From Oopsacas minuta (lineage: Eukaryota; Animalia; Porifera): DNA of 64,000 nt. Position 1 is the first letter of the stretch; each line of letters opens with the position of its first letter. Positions 22,737 through 36,706 of the stretch are shown here, one piece after another. The translations under genes were made by a program, and so were the position numbers. Location of the stretch: positions 384,800-448,799 of the forward strand of contig JAKMXF010000308.1 of NCBI GenBank assembly GCA_024704765.1. The letters are read 5' to 3'. The notes beneath the pieces are model-generated. The model was not told where the DNA came from. It did not search any database and was given only the letters and a program-made list of their open reading frames with translations.

Positions 22737-25700
22737 CAGGCCTTCATCTGGGTGCGCAATGCGGACCCAGGAGTGAACACTTTTTAGAAGATATTTGCTA
22801 GGTTGCGTGTACCCAAGTTTTCAACTGGGTACGCATTGCGCACCCATTGGTGCAGCATGGTTTTGAAAAAGATTACAGACACAAATCATATCAAAATACA
22901 TACGATGATACATTCACGAACTACAGTGTGTTCGGAAATTATTGGGACTGATTATAAATTTATTATACTATGAATTCATGACTTGTAGAGATTTCTCGTT
23001 TTAACACTAAGTTAAAATACATATAGTTGAAGAAATACTAGCATTATTATCACATTCTATCAATAATTAATTTTTTTCCCAGCATTGTCTAAACACAATC
23101 TAATTCTTTTGGGCATTGAAGTGCAAAAGGGACGGAGAAAGTCTGGATCAAATGTTGCCCATATGTCCTGAATTGCCTGTTTTAGTTGGCTTACAGATTT
23201 AGGATGAAGTATAATCAACCTCCTTTTCAAAACTGCCCACAGATTCTCAATGGGCGCTAGGTCTGGACTATTTGGCGGCCAATCAATTCTAAGGGGGACG
23301 AACTCCGTCTTCCACCCCTTAGCTGCTCTGCCAGTGTGCACAGGGCTGTTATCCTCCCGTAAAACCCAGCTATTTCCTTATTTTGCGTTAGCCTCCTCAA
23401 TAAGACACTCGCGAAGAGTGGAAATATACACCACCTGATTGAAATTTTCTGGGAAAATCCTCAGATGTGTAGTCCCCATTATCGAAATTCCACCCCAAAG
23501 ATGAACTTTAGATGGATGCCTGAAGGTTGGCAGATGAACCGTTTGTCCCTTTTTAATCCACAGGTTGACTCTTCCAGAGTCAAGCCAAACTGAACATTCA
23601 TCAGTAAAGAAGGTCTTACTCCAGTCAAAACACTTCATTTCTTTACACCAAGCGATTCTTTTGGATACATGGAGGTCGGTGAGTGCTGGAACTCGGACAG
23701 CCCGCTTGCTGACAAAGTTTTGCCTCTTTACTTGAGTATGAAGAGTACTTATGGATACAGGAGAGCTCAATCTCGGTAGTATAGAACGTAGAGAGGTCCT
23801 CGGATTGCTTTGATACGAAGCAGCTATCCTTCTTTTGTCATTTGCCTCGATTTTTGAAGGACGACCAGCACCCCTTTTGTGCTGAAGGCTTTTATATCTT
23901 TTATCAGATTCAAGACACGATATACAGTCTGCTTAGGTATACTTGTTCGCTGGCAGATATCCACTCCTTTGGTAATTCCTGCATTGTATAGTATCTCTAT
24001 TTGATTTCTACGCTGTTGTTGGGTAGAGTGCATGTACATTGTACAAAATATGCAGTCTTAGATGACGGAAATGGGGTCTCGAAATATATATAGGTATATT
24101 TGCTTGGGAATCACAATATTTCAGCCAAACAAACGAAATATTATGTGAAATAGCGAATCTATTGGTTTTCTAACAATTATAGGAAGTGTATATATACAGT
24201 AAGGTAAATGGTTGTATAATATGCGCATAACCTGATGTCCTTCATGGTGATTCAAGGTTAATCATGAAATGTCCTAATAATTTCCGAACATACTGTATGA
24301 AAAACATTATTAGTCTATTCTACGTGGAGACTTTGCCCAGAGTATAAATACTCGGTGAAGAAACTCTGAGTAGCTTTCTATTGTCTTGGACTCCTACCAG
24401 TACTACCCCTTGGATAGATATCCTTGTTAGCATCGCGATATGAGCTGGAGTGAAAGAACAACGATCATCGGAGACGATTTTAATTGAGAGGAGAAGGATA
24501 TTTCTACGCTAGCTGTCCCCAATTGTCGACACAGAAAAAAGGTTGCCACCATTACGTGCTCGGGATATATAATCCTTAAGATCGCGTTGGATAGAAACTT
24601 CTTATATAGATCCTCTTGAGTGTCACATCCTTTGAGGAGCTCTTTGGTCTCGATGTATTTGGAGAGTGTATATATTTCGGCGCGCAGAGCCTATTTGTTA
24701 AAACTAAACCTCCGACTCACCCACGAAATCACACTGCCAGTTTCCATCCATTCAACTGCATCAAACCTCGCAAGTTTTGACAAATCACGGCTATCCTCTG
24801 AGAATCTTGCCTCCATTTCGTGTACCAGACCGGAAATGTAGTCACCGAGGACACTGTAAATGGGAGGCACTTCTAAGCAGTTCGACCGAAGAGGGCCCAT
24901 TTCCGACATCTCAAAGCCTGCTTTCGATATTCGTTTTTCGAGTACATCGAACTGTTTATTAATAAATTTAGACACATCTAGAGCTTTCAGAAACACCACA
25001 AATGACTTTGTTTCAGATAGGGCATAGGAATATTCAACTTTTGGGACCTGAAAGATGGAACTAAGGCGATTCACATGGGACAAGCGATCTCCCTGATCAA
25101 AAGAATTATCATCAGAAATATCCTGAAGGGACTCGATCACTTGTACAATCAAATCGATAACCTCTCGACACTTCGCCGGTAGTAAGCCAGCGTGTTGCTG
25201 CGGCCTTGATAAATAATTTGAAATTTGTCTCATCCTCTAAACATTTTACTTTTAGAAGGTCCACTTTCCGATTAGATTTTCTAAATAATTTATAAATGGC
25301 GTTGATAAGTTCGATTACTTCCTTCACTAATTGAACTTCATTAGCTACTGTTTTGCAAGCTAATGCAAGACGATGTGCGCGACAATCTTCGAAAATAATA
25401 TATTGATTCCAAAAACGTTTTAGGTATCCTAGGACTCCTTCCTGTTCGCTAGACATATTTCTGGCTCCGTCAAAGAAAGCGCTCCTACTTAGTTTTCTAT
25501 CTAGGCCAAATTTTCGACACTCTCATCGACTAGTTTAAAGAGATTCTCAGCTGTAGTCCGGCCTTGAATGGGTTTATAATCTAGCATGCACTCCTCCACG
25601 TTGCCCGTTTTGGTAGAGATATACTTCACACAAATACTCAAAATTCCATGATTCTGCACCAAAGTTTCATCGACTAAGAGGTCCAGGAACGATAGATGTT

Positions 25701-26534
25701 CAGTGAAGCTGAAAGATCATCATTAGTGTCTTCACGAATCTGTCTTTCGAACAACTCCAAGAACTCCGTGACAGAGGTCTTTGGCCTATAAGTGGCATTA
25801 TGATCTCGGTTCTTCGTCCAGATATCTACATCCTCGCTCATTCGACAAGTGAGGGAGATCAATTTTTCAAACTTGGTTGTATGTGGTATTTGCTCCTTGA
25901 ATAAAAAATAAGCTTGGTCGAGATATTTCAATATATACTTTCCTTGTCTGCACTCTTCTGCTTTGCTAGTTTTTCAGTTGTCTCTTTAATGTAGGCACCA
26001 TTGCTCTGGTTGTTCGAGGCTAGTTGTATATGTCGGCTATCCTTTTCGTGAACAACGTGGCTGCAGTTTTCTACCAATACTTTGTCTACAAAATACTTGG
26101 TTCCGGTCTCTAGATTCAGTTTTTTGGCCTGACTCACATCGTGACAAAGACCACACGAATAACCTTCTTTGACTTCCACGACCCAAGGATGGTTCAATCG
26201 AAAGGAAGCAGGCTTAGCAGTGGGGAGATGGGACTCGCCGTAGACATCATTTTCAGTTTCAGACTCGCCGGCGGATTCTATAGGATCTGCAGCGTTTTTT
26301 TATGGGGGTTTCCAATAGATTCAGAATACCGTTTCATTGAATGGAAATAACCAAGTCTAATTGAGTATTTTTTAAATGTAAAATATAAGTTGAAAAATAT
26401 AGCCTAACAAAATGCAGCAAGCAGGAAGCGAACAATTTATTTACAAATAACTTTCTTACTGAAGTTTAGGGTGCGCGACAGAATAATCTGCACACCTTGG
26501 GTGCGCTAATTTGAAAGTGCTAGATGAGGCCCTG
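22737..26534 (-). mobile_element. hAT element (ZNF862/KIAA1586-like transposase, about 26197 to 24500, disabled) containing a nested Tc1
   Basis: Ends CAGGCCTTCATCTG / reverse complement CAGGGCCTCATCTA; flanks TGCCGTAG and TGTCTTAG (6/8, eroded 8-bp TSD). Motifs YSCGLC, VDET, DCRAHRLALAC, AAATRWL. Confidence 0.85.
22924..24295 (-). mobile_element. Tc1 DD34E element, full length, frameshifted transposase (24039 to 23060)
   Basis: 25-bp TIRs CAGT(G/A)TGTTCGGAAATTATT(G/A)GGAC, TA flanks. FFTDECSVW and EDNSPVH...PDLAPIEN, with 34 residues between D and E. Confidence 0.92.
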
Positions 26535-27112
26535 TGTCTTAGGTATTAAGAAATACTTAAATTTATGAATTTGGAAAATTTGGAATTTTTGTACAATAAT
26601 GTGGACGTGATAATTCCATCATAATACTGCATATGGTCGAAATCATGACATCAGAACATTTCTCACATTAAGTCGGGTACCTGTGATTCACATTTCAAAT
26701 TTCTATCATGTATATTGGCTCAGCAGTCGCTGATAATGAAATTTTTTGACAATCCAGTTCTTCAGCCTATCCTGGGCATACAAACATGTATATATATATA
26801 TATTATGAGTTTGTCTAATTTGCGATTATCCTTCTGAATGCCTTTGTTCGTATTAGTGAAATAGCAAAGGTGACTTTTCATGATTTTTAAATTGTGATCT
26901 TTCGATGTTGTATAGCATATTTTCATACAAATTGGTGTTTATCGTTCGAAACGATCATCTCCTGTTAGACAAATCCATATGTATATGTTTCGGTCTATTC
27001 TCGAAATTAGTCAATACGCCTGCCTAGTCACCAATCTGCTGGTCAATACTCGTAATGACTAGTCAATGCGCGTATAGCTGTATGTATCGTTTTCTGTGCC
27101 GAATACGAGTGT

Positions 27113-27760
27113 GAAGTTAGCTAACTATGCGACTAGGGTCACTAATTTCACTCACTTATACTCATTATATTTAAACGAAATTAGTATCATTGGAAGGAAA
27201 AGGGTTGGACGTTTTACACAATATGTTTTGACATTAAAAATTTTCTTTTAGTCACATTTTTGGTTGGAATTTTAGGATAACGACTCCCTTGAAGTTACCC
27301 ACCTAAAAATCAGAATTCTATCCTGAAATTCTCTATGCATACTTTGGTTGTATGGATGTTGCAGGAATTCAATTTCAATTTACAAATTATTAACAACTCG
27401 CGGAGCTAAACTAATTCAAATTTTCAGTCGGGACTGAGTGTGGTAGGGAATGAATCATATTCTACACATAGTAGGGTCGGTTCAAACTCATGCATCCTAT
27501 CCTAAATCCGACAGAATTTCAATTATTATGCTAATGGATAGTTGAGATATAGAAGTGTTATACAATATCGATATTTTCGTGAGGCACTATAAAGTATCAC
27601 CAGCAACGTGCAAAATCGATAAATACTCAGGTTTTTAGTGTATTACGAATTCTAACTTTGGGATCAATTCTTGAAGTTATTTCTCTTTAGAACCCCTTCA
27701 AAATTTATGGCACCTTCTTCGTATCTTATAATTTCATTTAGTCGCTAGTACATTTTTAGC
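27113..27760. repeat. About 650-bp segment present as an inverted, diverged copy at about 40480-42330
   Basis: Collinear blocks, for example CTCACTTATAC..., CCTAAATCCGAC and ACGTGCAAAATCGATAAATAC, recur in reverse-complement order. The right copy is split by the 40911-42114 insertion. Confidence 0.75.
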
Positions 27761-28699
27761 TTTTGCTGGTAATATATTTTGAAAGGTTAATTACCCTTTT
27801 GAGTCACTGTTAAACTTCATTCTTGTGCATACAAGTAATACATAACTTGAGTAACATTGGCGTCAATCGTATGGTATTTTCTTCGTGAATAAAATATCTA
27901 ATTTTATCTCTGCAACTAAATATGCTTATTGTCGTAGGGGATAAATATAATCACTTAAACCAAAACAATTTTCGTGTTTGATTTGATCATTTTGCCCATT
28001 TTGCTTTTATTGCTTTATTTTACTATTTCCTATTCTTCCCATCATATTAACTTTTCGATCTTTTCTGATAACATGGTTCTTTTCTGATTTTGTTTCTTAT
28101 TTGACACTACTGTGACATGATTTCTCTCGAATTGTTCTCTACTCATATTTATTTGACTCTCTAATGGCATGCTCAAACTTCGCAGGAATATACTTTGATT
28201 CTTTGGCTCTTTTTATTGCGACTTCTTCTGTCCTACTGTCTGCTCTTTGTCCGTCATGTCGGTTCTTCTCATCCTTGGCGGCATTGAGATCAATCCAGGA
28301 TCCATCACACTAATCAAGATACTTATCACTAACAAGGTAATTAATTTATTGAATTACCTAAAGTTATTCATTTTGTAAATTTGTATGGTTAGTCGTGACC
28401 TACATAATATAAGGCCTGAATGTTCATTTGGACAATGGATTACTTAAAGTGCATACACTGAATATGAGATGTTGAGATTAATACCATTGTTTTTTACAAT
28501 GTTCATACCAAATGGTAGATGGAAGGTAGGCATATTTTACACTACACAAAAATTGTATGAATACGAAATGCTGGGGCAACAAAGAGACTGCCAACAGCAA
28601 AATTATTTTTTATTTTGATTTGAATTTATGGTATTTACGAGAGTTATGCGAGCTTTCAGTTAATGTCCTTTACAACGAATTCATGTTCTTCACTTTGTT

Positions 28700-30540
28700 A
28701 GTTAGGATACAGTTGGTTAGTTGGTTGCTGAAAAAATAATCTTCATCATGATATTCCATCCTATTGTGTCATAAGTAGGGCATTTGTTTCACCAAAACTC
28801 AGCTTCATTACTCTCGATTACGTTTCTTGTCAAAGAAACTAAGATCTTCCGAGATGGACTTGTTATAAAGAGATTGAAGAGATTAGAATCCATTTCGATC
28901 TTAGTAGACCTTCCACAAAATTATAGCTGCTTCAAGCACTGGAGCTGAAGGCCACTTAAGGTCTTCTCTGTCAATCGAACATATTAAACCATAGCGGGAT
29001 GACGGGATATTTCTTACTGTTTTGATGATGTGGACAAAGTCGAAGATAAGATACAGAGGTCTACAAGTGTCTAATGGACGAGGAACACAGGTTTCAAGAA
29101 AGGAAGTAGTGGATAGTAACTTAAACAGATTCACATTGAGGGGTAGTTATCTGTATAAATAACTTGAATTTGAAGATTACAACTTTTTACATCCTTGATC
29201 ACTTCATGTAAAATAGGTAGTATTTGGGCAGCTGAACATTTTGCGCAAGGTTGGAGTCGTACAACTGTATTGGCTGCTTCGTTCTGTGTAGTTGAAGAGT
29301 CGAGTATTCTCCCACCTGTGTAAGAAAACTCTGATTTGACATGTATTTCACCCATATGTAATGTAACATTCCTTTCTTGGTTATTGAAATTAGCAGTAGA
29401 AGCCTTCAAATATGTTTGCAACTCACACTCTAAGCCATAGTCCCATAAAGATTACGTAGAGTTGTTGGGTGGGGAAATATTAAACAAATCAAAGACTTTG
29501 AGTAGCTGTGATAGGTAGAAGATATCAAATGAGATTTTAGAGCTAGCACCATTGTGACAACATTGTACCGTCTTCGATTTTTGGGAATTAGTGTATTCTC
29601 AAGCTGGTACAGTAGAAATTTTAACTGGGGCAACAATTCTGAATATTTCTCTAGCATATCATTTGAAGTCCCTATCTTCGAAATCGTGTTTTCAATGTTA
29701 GATTTAGCTTGGCGAATAAACTTTTCAACAGGGTCCTTAGTGCATGCAGAAAGCTTGCTGATGATGGTATCGATTTCTCGAATATCACTGAGATTGTGTA
29801 TTGTGAGAGGAAATTGAATTTTTTTATAGAAGCCTGTAGTTGTGAACAGTCATTATTGAAACACATGCTGGTATATATATATATGTTTGTCTTTTGACAG
29901 CTTTAGCAAGTTAATTGACGTGCCATCTGAAAACCATTTAACCCCAGAAGAAGGTAGTTATATTCTTCGAGTTTACATTTAGCTCTCCTAATGATTTGAC
30001 ACCGAACTTATTATCCTCAGCATTATGAAGTTCAAGGCTCTGTTCTAAGGCTTGAGGAACAATTTACTCTCGATATTCCCACGATCTAAACATTCAGGCT
30101 TCGGGGATGGTGAGCTAAGATACTTGGAACAACTGGGGAGGAGATAAGGTATAGTTTTCTCCTGTAGAATTCGTCACCGAGAAAATTTTTGTAATGAGCC
30201 ATCAGGTTGAGGCATATCCATTTCAGTGATGACATCTTACGAAAGTGATTAGAGTGTTTTCACTTCATGAATGTCATCACAGTTGCTTATAGCAATAGCT
30301 TTGTTGGGTGTAGTCCACTGTTAGTTTTGTGGTTATTTCTAACACAACCTGGTCATATTTTAGTTTATCTAATGTTTGATAAAAGTGTCTGTTTAAGTGG
30401 AGAAATTTTGAGCATTCTCATTAGTTGGGTATTGGAACAAAGAAAGGAATTCGATACTAATGGTATTACCAGCTTACAAAATGTCTATTCTGAATACCTT
30501 GTTTGTGTTGAATGTTAGTTAAGGAGCCAATTTCCCTTCT
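28700..30540 (-). pseudogene. THAP/P-element-superfamily transposase relic
   Basis: THAP-tail-like TIPYLLPSCSKYLSSP, RRYNVVTMVLALKSHLIS..PHPTTLR, TLHMGEIHVK (first D mutated), IYTDNY, LIFDFVHIIKTVRN. Frameshifted, with the C-terminal part missing. Confidence 0.8.
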
Positions 30541-30999
30541 CCAGGCTCACAATTCTAAGCGTAATGTAGAAAGTGAACAAGTTGTGAATATGTTGTTAGA
30601 GGTCAGCTCTGGAGTGACTTTGAGATTGTAAGTTATGGATCAGGAGAATTATCTCGAAATCACAGGTGCGATTGTTTGTGTATTACTGATTCGAACCATA
30701 GAATGTCATTATTCAGTAATTGGACGAATGTATTTTCTTCTGAGTTTCATGATGTAAACAATATGTGTGTTTTGAAGTTTGACTATCATCGGTAGAAAAG
30801 TCTGCTAGCCGTAAAATAAACAGCCCATTCTTTAGAGCTAAAGCAGAGTGTAAATTCCCTAATTGTAGTGCATATTTATTTATATTGAGTACAAGAATTA
30901 TTTAAATAATCGTGTAGTGGTTAAAAAAAGTTTATTATGTGTGATCTCTTTCAACTCATCATACCGATGGTACCAGTGCTTATAGTAGTAATTTATCTT

Positions 31000-33290
31000 G
31001 TAGCGAGCACAGAAATATGGGAAGATATTAGATAATTATTCTGTGAGCAAAATATTTAATAAGCAAATCAATGATTCTGACAAAACAGGAAGATTTTGTT
31101 ATGGAAATTTAACAAATTTAAAATCCGCGAAATGTTTAATGGAAGTTAAATCAGAAATGAAATCTGCTAGTAGGTTTTCTAATTCTTACATAGAAGATGT
31201 AGCAGCTACCCAGCAGTACTTCCGTCATCTACTCCCTGATTCCCTTATTCCAAGTTAAGTTCAGTACTTTGTGCAAGATCCATGTGTTATGCACATGTAT
31301 ACTTCTAAACAAATAGAAATCTTAAATATTTTAATGGTCATGTAGTTTTTAAATTTGATGCCACTGGGTCTCTAATTGGTAAACCGCCTTAATGCTCCAA
31401 CTATCCAGCATCCTAAATATTTCACCAGGCCATTTTCTGTATAAAAAATGATCAGTAGTGATTATGGTACAGCTGAAATTTCACATTTCTTGAATAAATG
31501 GAGCTTAAATTCAAAATTAGTAATTATTAGAGGCTTAAAAATACATAATGTAAATGGCTGTTAGCTGAGCTATGAAGATACATAGTTCTTGTTTAGCATT
31601 TAATAAATTTACTATTTTGAATTACCTTCAATACTGTTGGAGGTTTGTATCTTATAGTGAAAGTTTAAATGTTGATACTGTTCTACATCTGTGTCAGCTC
31701 ATGTATTGCACAGGATCATTTTTAATATAGGAAAAAGTTTTCAAATGGACTAAAAGATCAAGAAAATAGTCCTAGATGTTTTGATCACATCATATATTGT
31801 AAAAAATGTATGAAATTGGCCTTCTTTTCGAATTATTATGCTATATTTTATGTTTCGAAAACAATCCAATGATTATGAGAAGAAATTGCATAATTAGAGC
31901 TGTGTGTTGAGTATGAGATAGAAATTAGTAATGAAATACATGAGAAACATGAGGATGAAACAATTGTAAATTAAATGCTGTAACTCACGGGCAAAATTCA
32001 CTCTTTGGTAAGCATTTTGAAAAGATTTATGAGAGAACTGAATCCAATATCAAGGGTATTGAGAATAACCTTGATACTGGAATTAGTACTTCTCAAGTAA
32101 GAGAAAATAATGTATGTTACTATCCTGGATTAATTGATCTCTATTGACATAATTTATGCCACTGTTACCATTGTGGAGTGGAATAACTTTATGTACGATC
32201 AATACACCAAGTAATGTTTAACAAACAGCAACGCTAGTGTTGAAAACTGGTTTAGCATAGTGAAGCACATCATTTATATTTCTTACACAAGAATGAGATC
32301 GGCTGATTTCATTAGGTCGATTTATCTAAAAATAGAGGGTAGGGTTCCTGCATTTACATTTGTTTTTATGCCATTTGCAAAGAATATAATTACACAGAAA
32401 AACAATGCAAGTAGAAGATGAAGAAAATTGTAAGGAGGAAGGGTCTGAAAAGGAAAAAAGACCAAAGATAGCTTTATGAAACCTTCTGATTACGTATTTC
32501 AAAGCCATTTGAAGGTATTAAATCGAATAATAAACTAATAGTCTACAAAATCCGTTAGTAAATACAGAAATACAAGTACCAGTTAAGTCAGTGGGTGAAC
32601 AGGTTAAATACCCAGTGGAAGTTCAAAATCTTAATTTACCTGGTAAGGAAGTAGAGAAATTTAACAATTTAGTACTTATTGAATTTCGTGAACGAGATTA
32701 TATATTTCCTAAATTCCAACCCATTACTTATTAGGGAAGAAAAGTTATTAGTTAAATGGTTAAACTTAAAATTTTATTATTACTTGTTTTTTCTAGAAAT
32801 ATAATACCACAAAATTCAAATTTACCTGATTGCTAACCTTCTAAATGTTACATACTTCTGGAGAAGGTAATTGTTATTTTCTTCACTAGCATTTTGGATG
32901 ACAGGAAATACAGATAATTCCACAAATTTGATCAATAATTACTGATATTAGGTTTAGAAAGTTTAGAGAACCCTGTAATAAATATGTCGGAAACATATTT
33001 CCACGATCAGTAATTAATTACAGAAATGTTAATGACTATATTATTAAAACGAATATGCGTAAGAACACAACTTGGGGAACTGATGTGGCAATATTTGCGG
33101 TAGTTTGTTATTGCAAACAGATGTTTGGATTTTTACTGCAACTATGGGAAACAAATGGATGGTCTTTTTGGTTAAAGGGGCCAAAGTTATTAATTTCCTA
33201 GAATCGCAAATTCAAGGCTCAATATATTTATATCATGATGGGCTTCATTATGAACCGCATTTTAGAGGTAAATACAGCTGTTTTGTCGTA
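31000..33290 (+). pseudogene. MULE (NOF-like) transposase relic followed in the same orientation by an OTU domain (about 32850-33260)
   Basis: FKFDATGSLIGKPP (about 31348), HLC-AHVLH (about 31685), TNSNASVENWFSIVK (32221); then SGEGNCYF-SLAFWMTG (32857), TWGTDVAIF (about 33070), IYLYHDGLHYEP (about 33225-33257). Confidence 0.7.
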
Positions 33291-33358
33291 GACTACGCCC
33301 CAGTGAGAAAATGCCTTCTTTAATATGTATTCATATTCGGATCTTGCATGCTGTAGGG

Positions 33359-35742
33359 CAGGGGTGCCCAACTCGATTTAATTGCGGGCCACATTGGCTT
33401 CCTCAATAGTTTGGTGGGCCACATGGACCAATTTATAATTTTCAGATTTATTTAGAGAAAATTTGTTGGAATATCCAAGTGGAAATGCTACAGAAAGGGA
33501 ACACACAAATGAAATATTGGCAGACTACAGAAAATGATCAAAAATACTAACTAATAAGAAACCCGAATACTCATTTTACCACCACTAATACGAGTACAGA
33601 CGATGATTTACTACTTTGACATGGATGACGATTGATGACGCATAGGTCTGACTATATGGTCGATGTTTTGTTCCATATCCGTAGTAGCTATTCTTAATGT
33701 ATCTTCGAGATGTCTATCAGTTAAAACAGTTCTGCATTTGCTTTTTACTAGCTTCATTTGGGAGAACAGTTGTTCGCATATGTATGTGCTCCCAAATAAA
33801 CAAGCCATCATCTTACAATGCTTGACAAGATTGGGGTAATCTGATGATGATAAATACTTTTGATAAAAGTCCATAAGTGTGACATCATTGAATTTTGCTT
33901 TCAAGTCCTGGTTACATTGCATGTCAACCAATTCTAGCTGGAGATGCTCGGGGAGTTCGATAGGTTCTAAAGAGAAAGGATTTGAGAATATAGCGAAGTT
34001 TACAATATTGCTACGAAGATCTTTAAATCTATTTTCGAATTCTTTGCACAGGGAATTGATTTCGATTGCGTATACACCTGTATCTGGAGGGGAATGTTTT
34101 GATAAGGTTTCAAAGTGATAAAGATTTCCTTCTATTAATTGTTTTTCCCATATCTCGAGCTTTCTTTCAAAAGCGCAAATGAAGTCAAACAAATTGTGAA
34201 TAAGCAGATTTTTCCTTGTAATTTTGAGTTGAGGTTATTCAAATATTGAGTGATATCGGCCAAAAATGCCAAGTCACACAACCATAATGGATCATTGAGA
34301 TGAAAAACTGGTTTCCCCTTCTCCTCCATAAAATGAAATACTTCTTCTTTGAGTTCATAAAAGCGTCGAAGCATCGCACCCCTACTTAACCATCGTACTT
34401 CCGTATAGTAAAGAAGGTCTCCATATTGAGAATTCATTTCGTCTAAAAGTTTTCGAAATTGTCGATGATTGAGTCCTCGAGCACGAATGAAGTTGATAGC
34501 TTTCACTACTATTTCCATTACACCCTGCATTCTTAATGACTTTGAACAGAGATTTTCCTGGTGAATTATACAATGCACTTTGACTAATTTCATAGTACTA
34601 CTTCCTGAATTGATCCTTTCTTTCTCCAGAAGAGCAACGAAGCCCCTTTCCTTCCCAATCATTGATGGTGCGCCATCTGTCGTTACCTCACATAAATTAT
34701 TCAACTTAAGTCCGATAGCATCAATTCCATTCATCACCGCTTTATAAATATCAACTCCAGTTGTTTTATCGTGAAGGCTGTGTAAGTTCGCCAATTCTTC
34801 TGTAAGATTAAACTTTGAATCGATTCTTCTTACAAAAACAGCAAGTTGGGCAGTATCAGTGGCATCTGTGCTCTCATCAAGGGCCAGAGAATAGTACTGG
34901 AACTCACTCGCACGTTTTTCTAAAGTAAGTTTTAAGTCTGTTGATAAGTTCTCTATCCTACGGCTAATTGTCATTCTTGAGAGGCTAATGTTTTCAAATA
35001 ACTTCTGTTTCTCTGGGCACATAATTTGCGCCAAAGTAATAACACACTCCTTGATAAATTCACCATCAGTAAATGGCTTATATTTCTTTGCAATAAGTTT
35101 GGAAATGGCAAAGCTTGCACGAACAGCTTTTTCTGACTCAGAATTAGTATTTGTAAAAATATTTTGCTGTACCGAAAGTTCCCTTATTAATGATTGTACT
35201 CTATCCTTCCGTATCTGCCCTGAGCATGCTTTGTAATCTTGATGTTTAGCACTATAGTGTCTTTGGATGTTGTACTCTTTCATCACTGCGATGACCTGCT
35301 TGCATATTAAGCAAGTTGGTGAAAAAGTATTTCTCGGTCCAGCTGTCGTTGAAAGTTCTACTCTCGATATCAACTTTCCTTTTCTTAGAACAAGGCTCCA
35401 TTAATATAAATGATATATATATTCTACAGGTAATTTAGGAGATGAGTAAACGCAGTATCTGAATTTCAATTATAAGCTTAGAATTATACTAGTTTATATT
35501 TATACACCGCTAAGGATTATTATTACTAAACACATGCACCTGTCGTGTATTAAAATGAATAAGAATCCTCAAAATGTCAAATACATTGAAATTCGACACC
35601 CAGTATGAATGCTATAGAAATGTGGCTTAGGAATTGTTCATGAAGAAATAGTATATATTACAAAGTGCAAATTTTGTGCAGGCCGGATAAAATTATTACG
35701 CGGGCCAGATTTGGCCCGCGGGCCGTATGTTGGGCACCCCTG
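33359..35742 (-). mobile_element. hAT Buster/SPIN-type element (GTF2IRD2/EPM2AIP1-like transposase, ATG 35401, stop 33611), two frameshifts
   Basis: Perfect 14-bp TIR CAGGGGTGCCCAAC and perfect 8-bp TSD CTGTAGGG (central TA, Buster-type). Motifs CLIC..H..KH, LALDESTD, TTDGAPSM, HCIIHQENL, EVRWLSRG, GSTYICEQLFS. Confidence 0.95.
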
Positions 35743-36706
35743 CTGTAGGGGATAAATTTTACCGCATGTACTTCTAATGAGGGTATGAATATCAGAATCG
35801 GAAAATCTATCTGGTTTCACATATTTAGTTATAGAATTTAAATATTCTGATCCTCATTGAATGTACTATGGGTGCAAATTATCCCTATTATGATCCATGA
35901 TCCTAATATGAATCCTAATTGAGGAGGCATTTTCTCACTGCTGGTTTCATTAATGGTAAATATGTAATATGTATTAGATAATGAAAATATTGGTTCAAGT
36001 AATTTGTAATAGTACTTATATTATTTCTTATGGCAAGTTTGAATGGAGAGAACTGGTGTTATCGATGTACACTACATCGGCGAATGTAATTGTTATGCCA
36101 TAATTTAATAGTTCCGTTTGCTGTAAATATTTATATAGATGTATAAGCACGGTATTGCATAAAGTATAGAACATAATTTGGCATAGGGGAACCAGTTGGA
36201 TTGAAGGATGAAATATTACATTTTCTGTACATGTTATTAATTAATGAGTCATTAAGTATTCTCCTAGTGACAGACTCAATTCTAAATTCCTACATTCTTT
36301 GAACCGTGTTCATACATATTAAATCAACGTTTCAAAGTGGAAGATGCAAGTAGTATGGTGTAATCTATGCATGCATGCACACTCTGGTGTTTAGACATAA
36401 TTTGACAGTTCATGATAGCACACAGGGAAATAATTGAATGTTGGTATAATTTTATGTATGTATTGTTTCCCTTTATTCTTCAGTTTCTAATGATATGGAA
36501 GAATTGACTATGGTTTTTAGCATTTACACCTTCAGAATTTCATTAGTAAACAATGGAGCTTTGGATTCTAGATCATAAAGCTGAAATATAATTTCTACTG
36601 GTATAAGATAATTCTATTGGATTAATTATTAACAATACATAATTACAATTAATTTGTTGATCGTTATTGATTTATTAAAGATCTTGAAGAATATTTTGAA
36701 TTGCAG

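Noticed and set aside
36484-36600. Exon after a strong pyrimidine-rich acceptor
   Set aside because: All frames close before a convincing donor.
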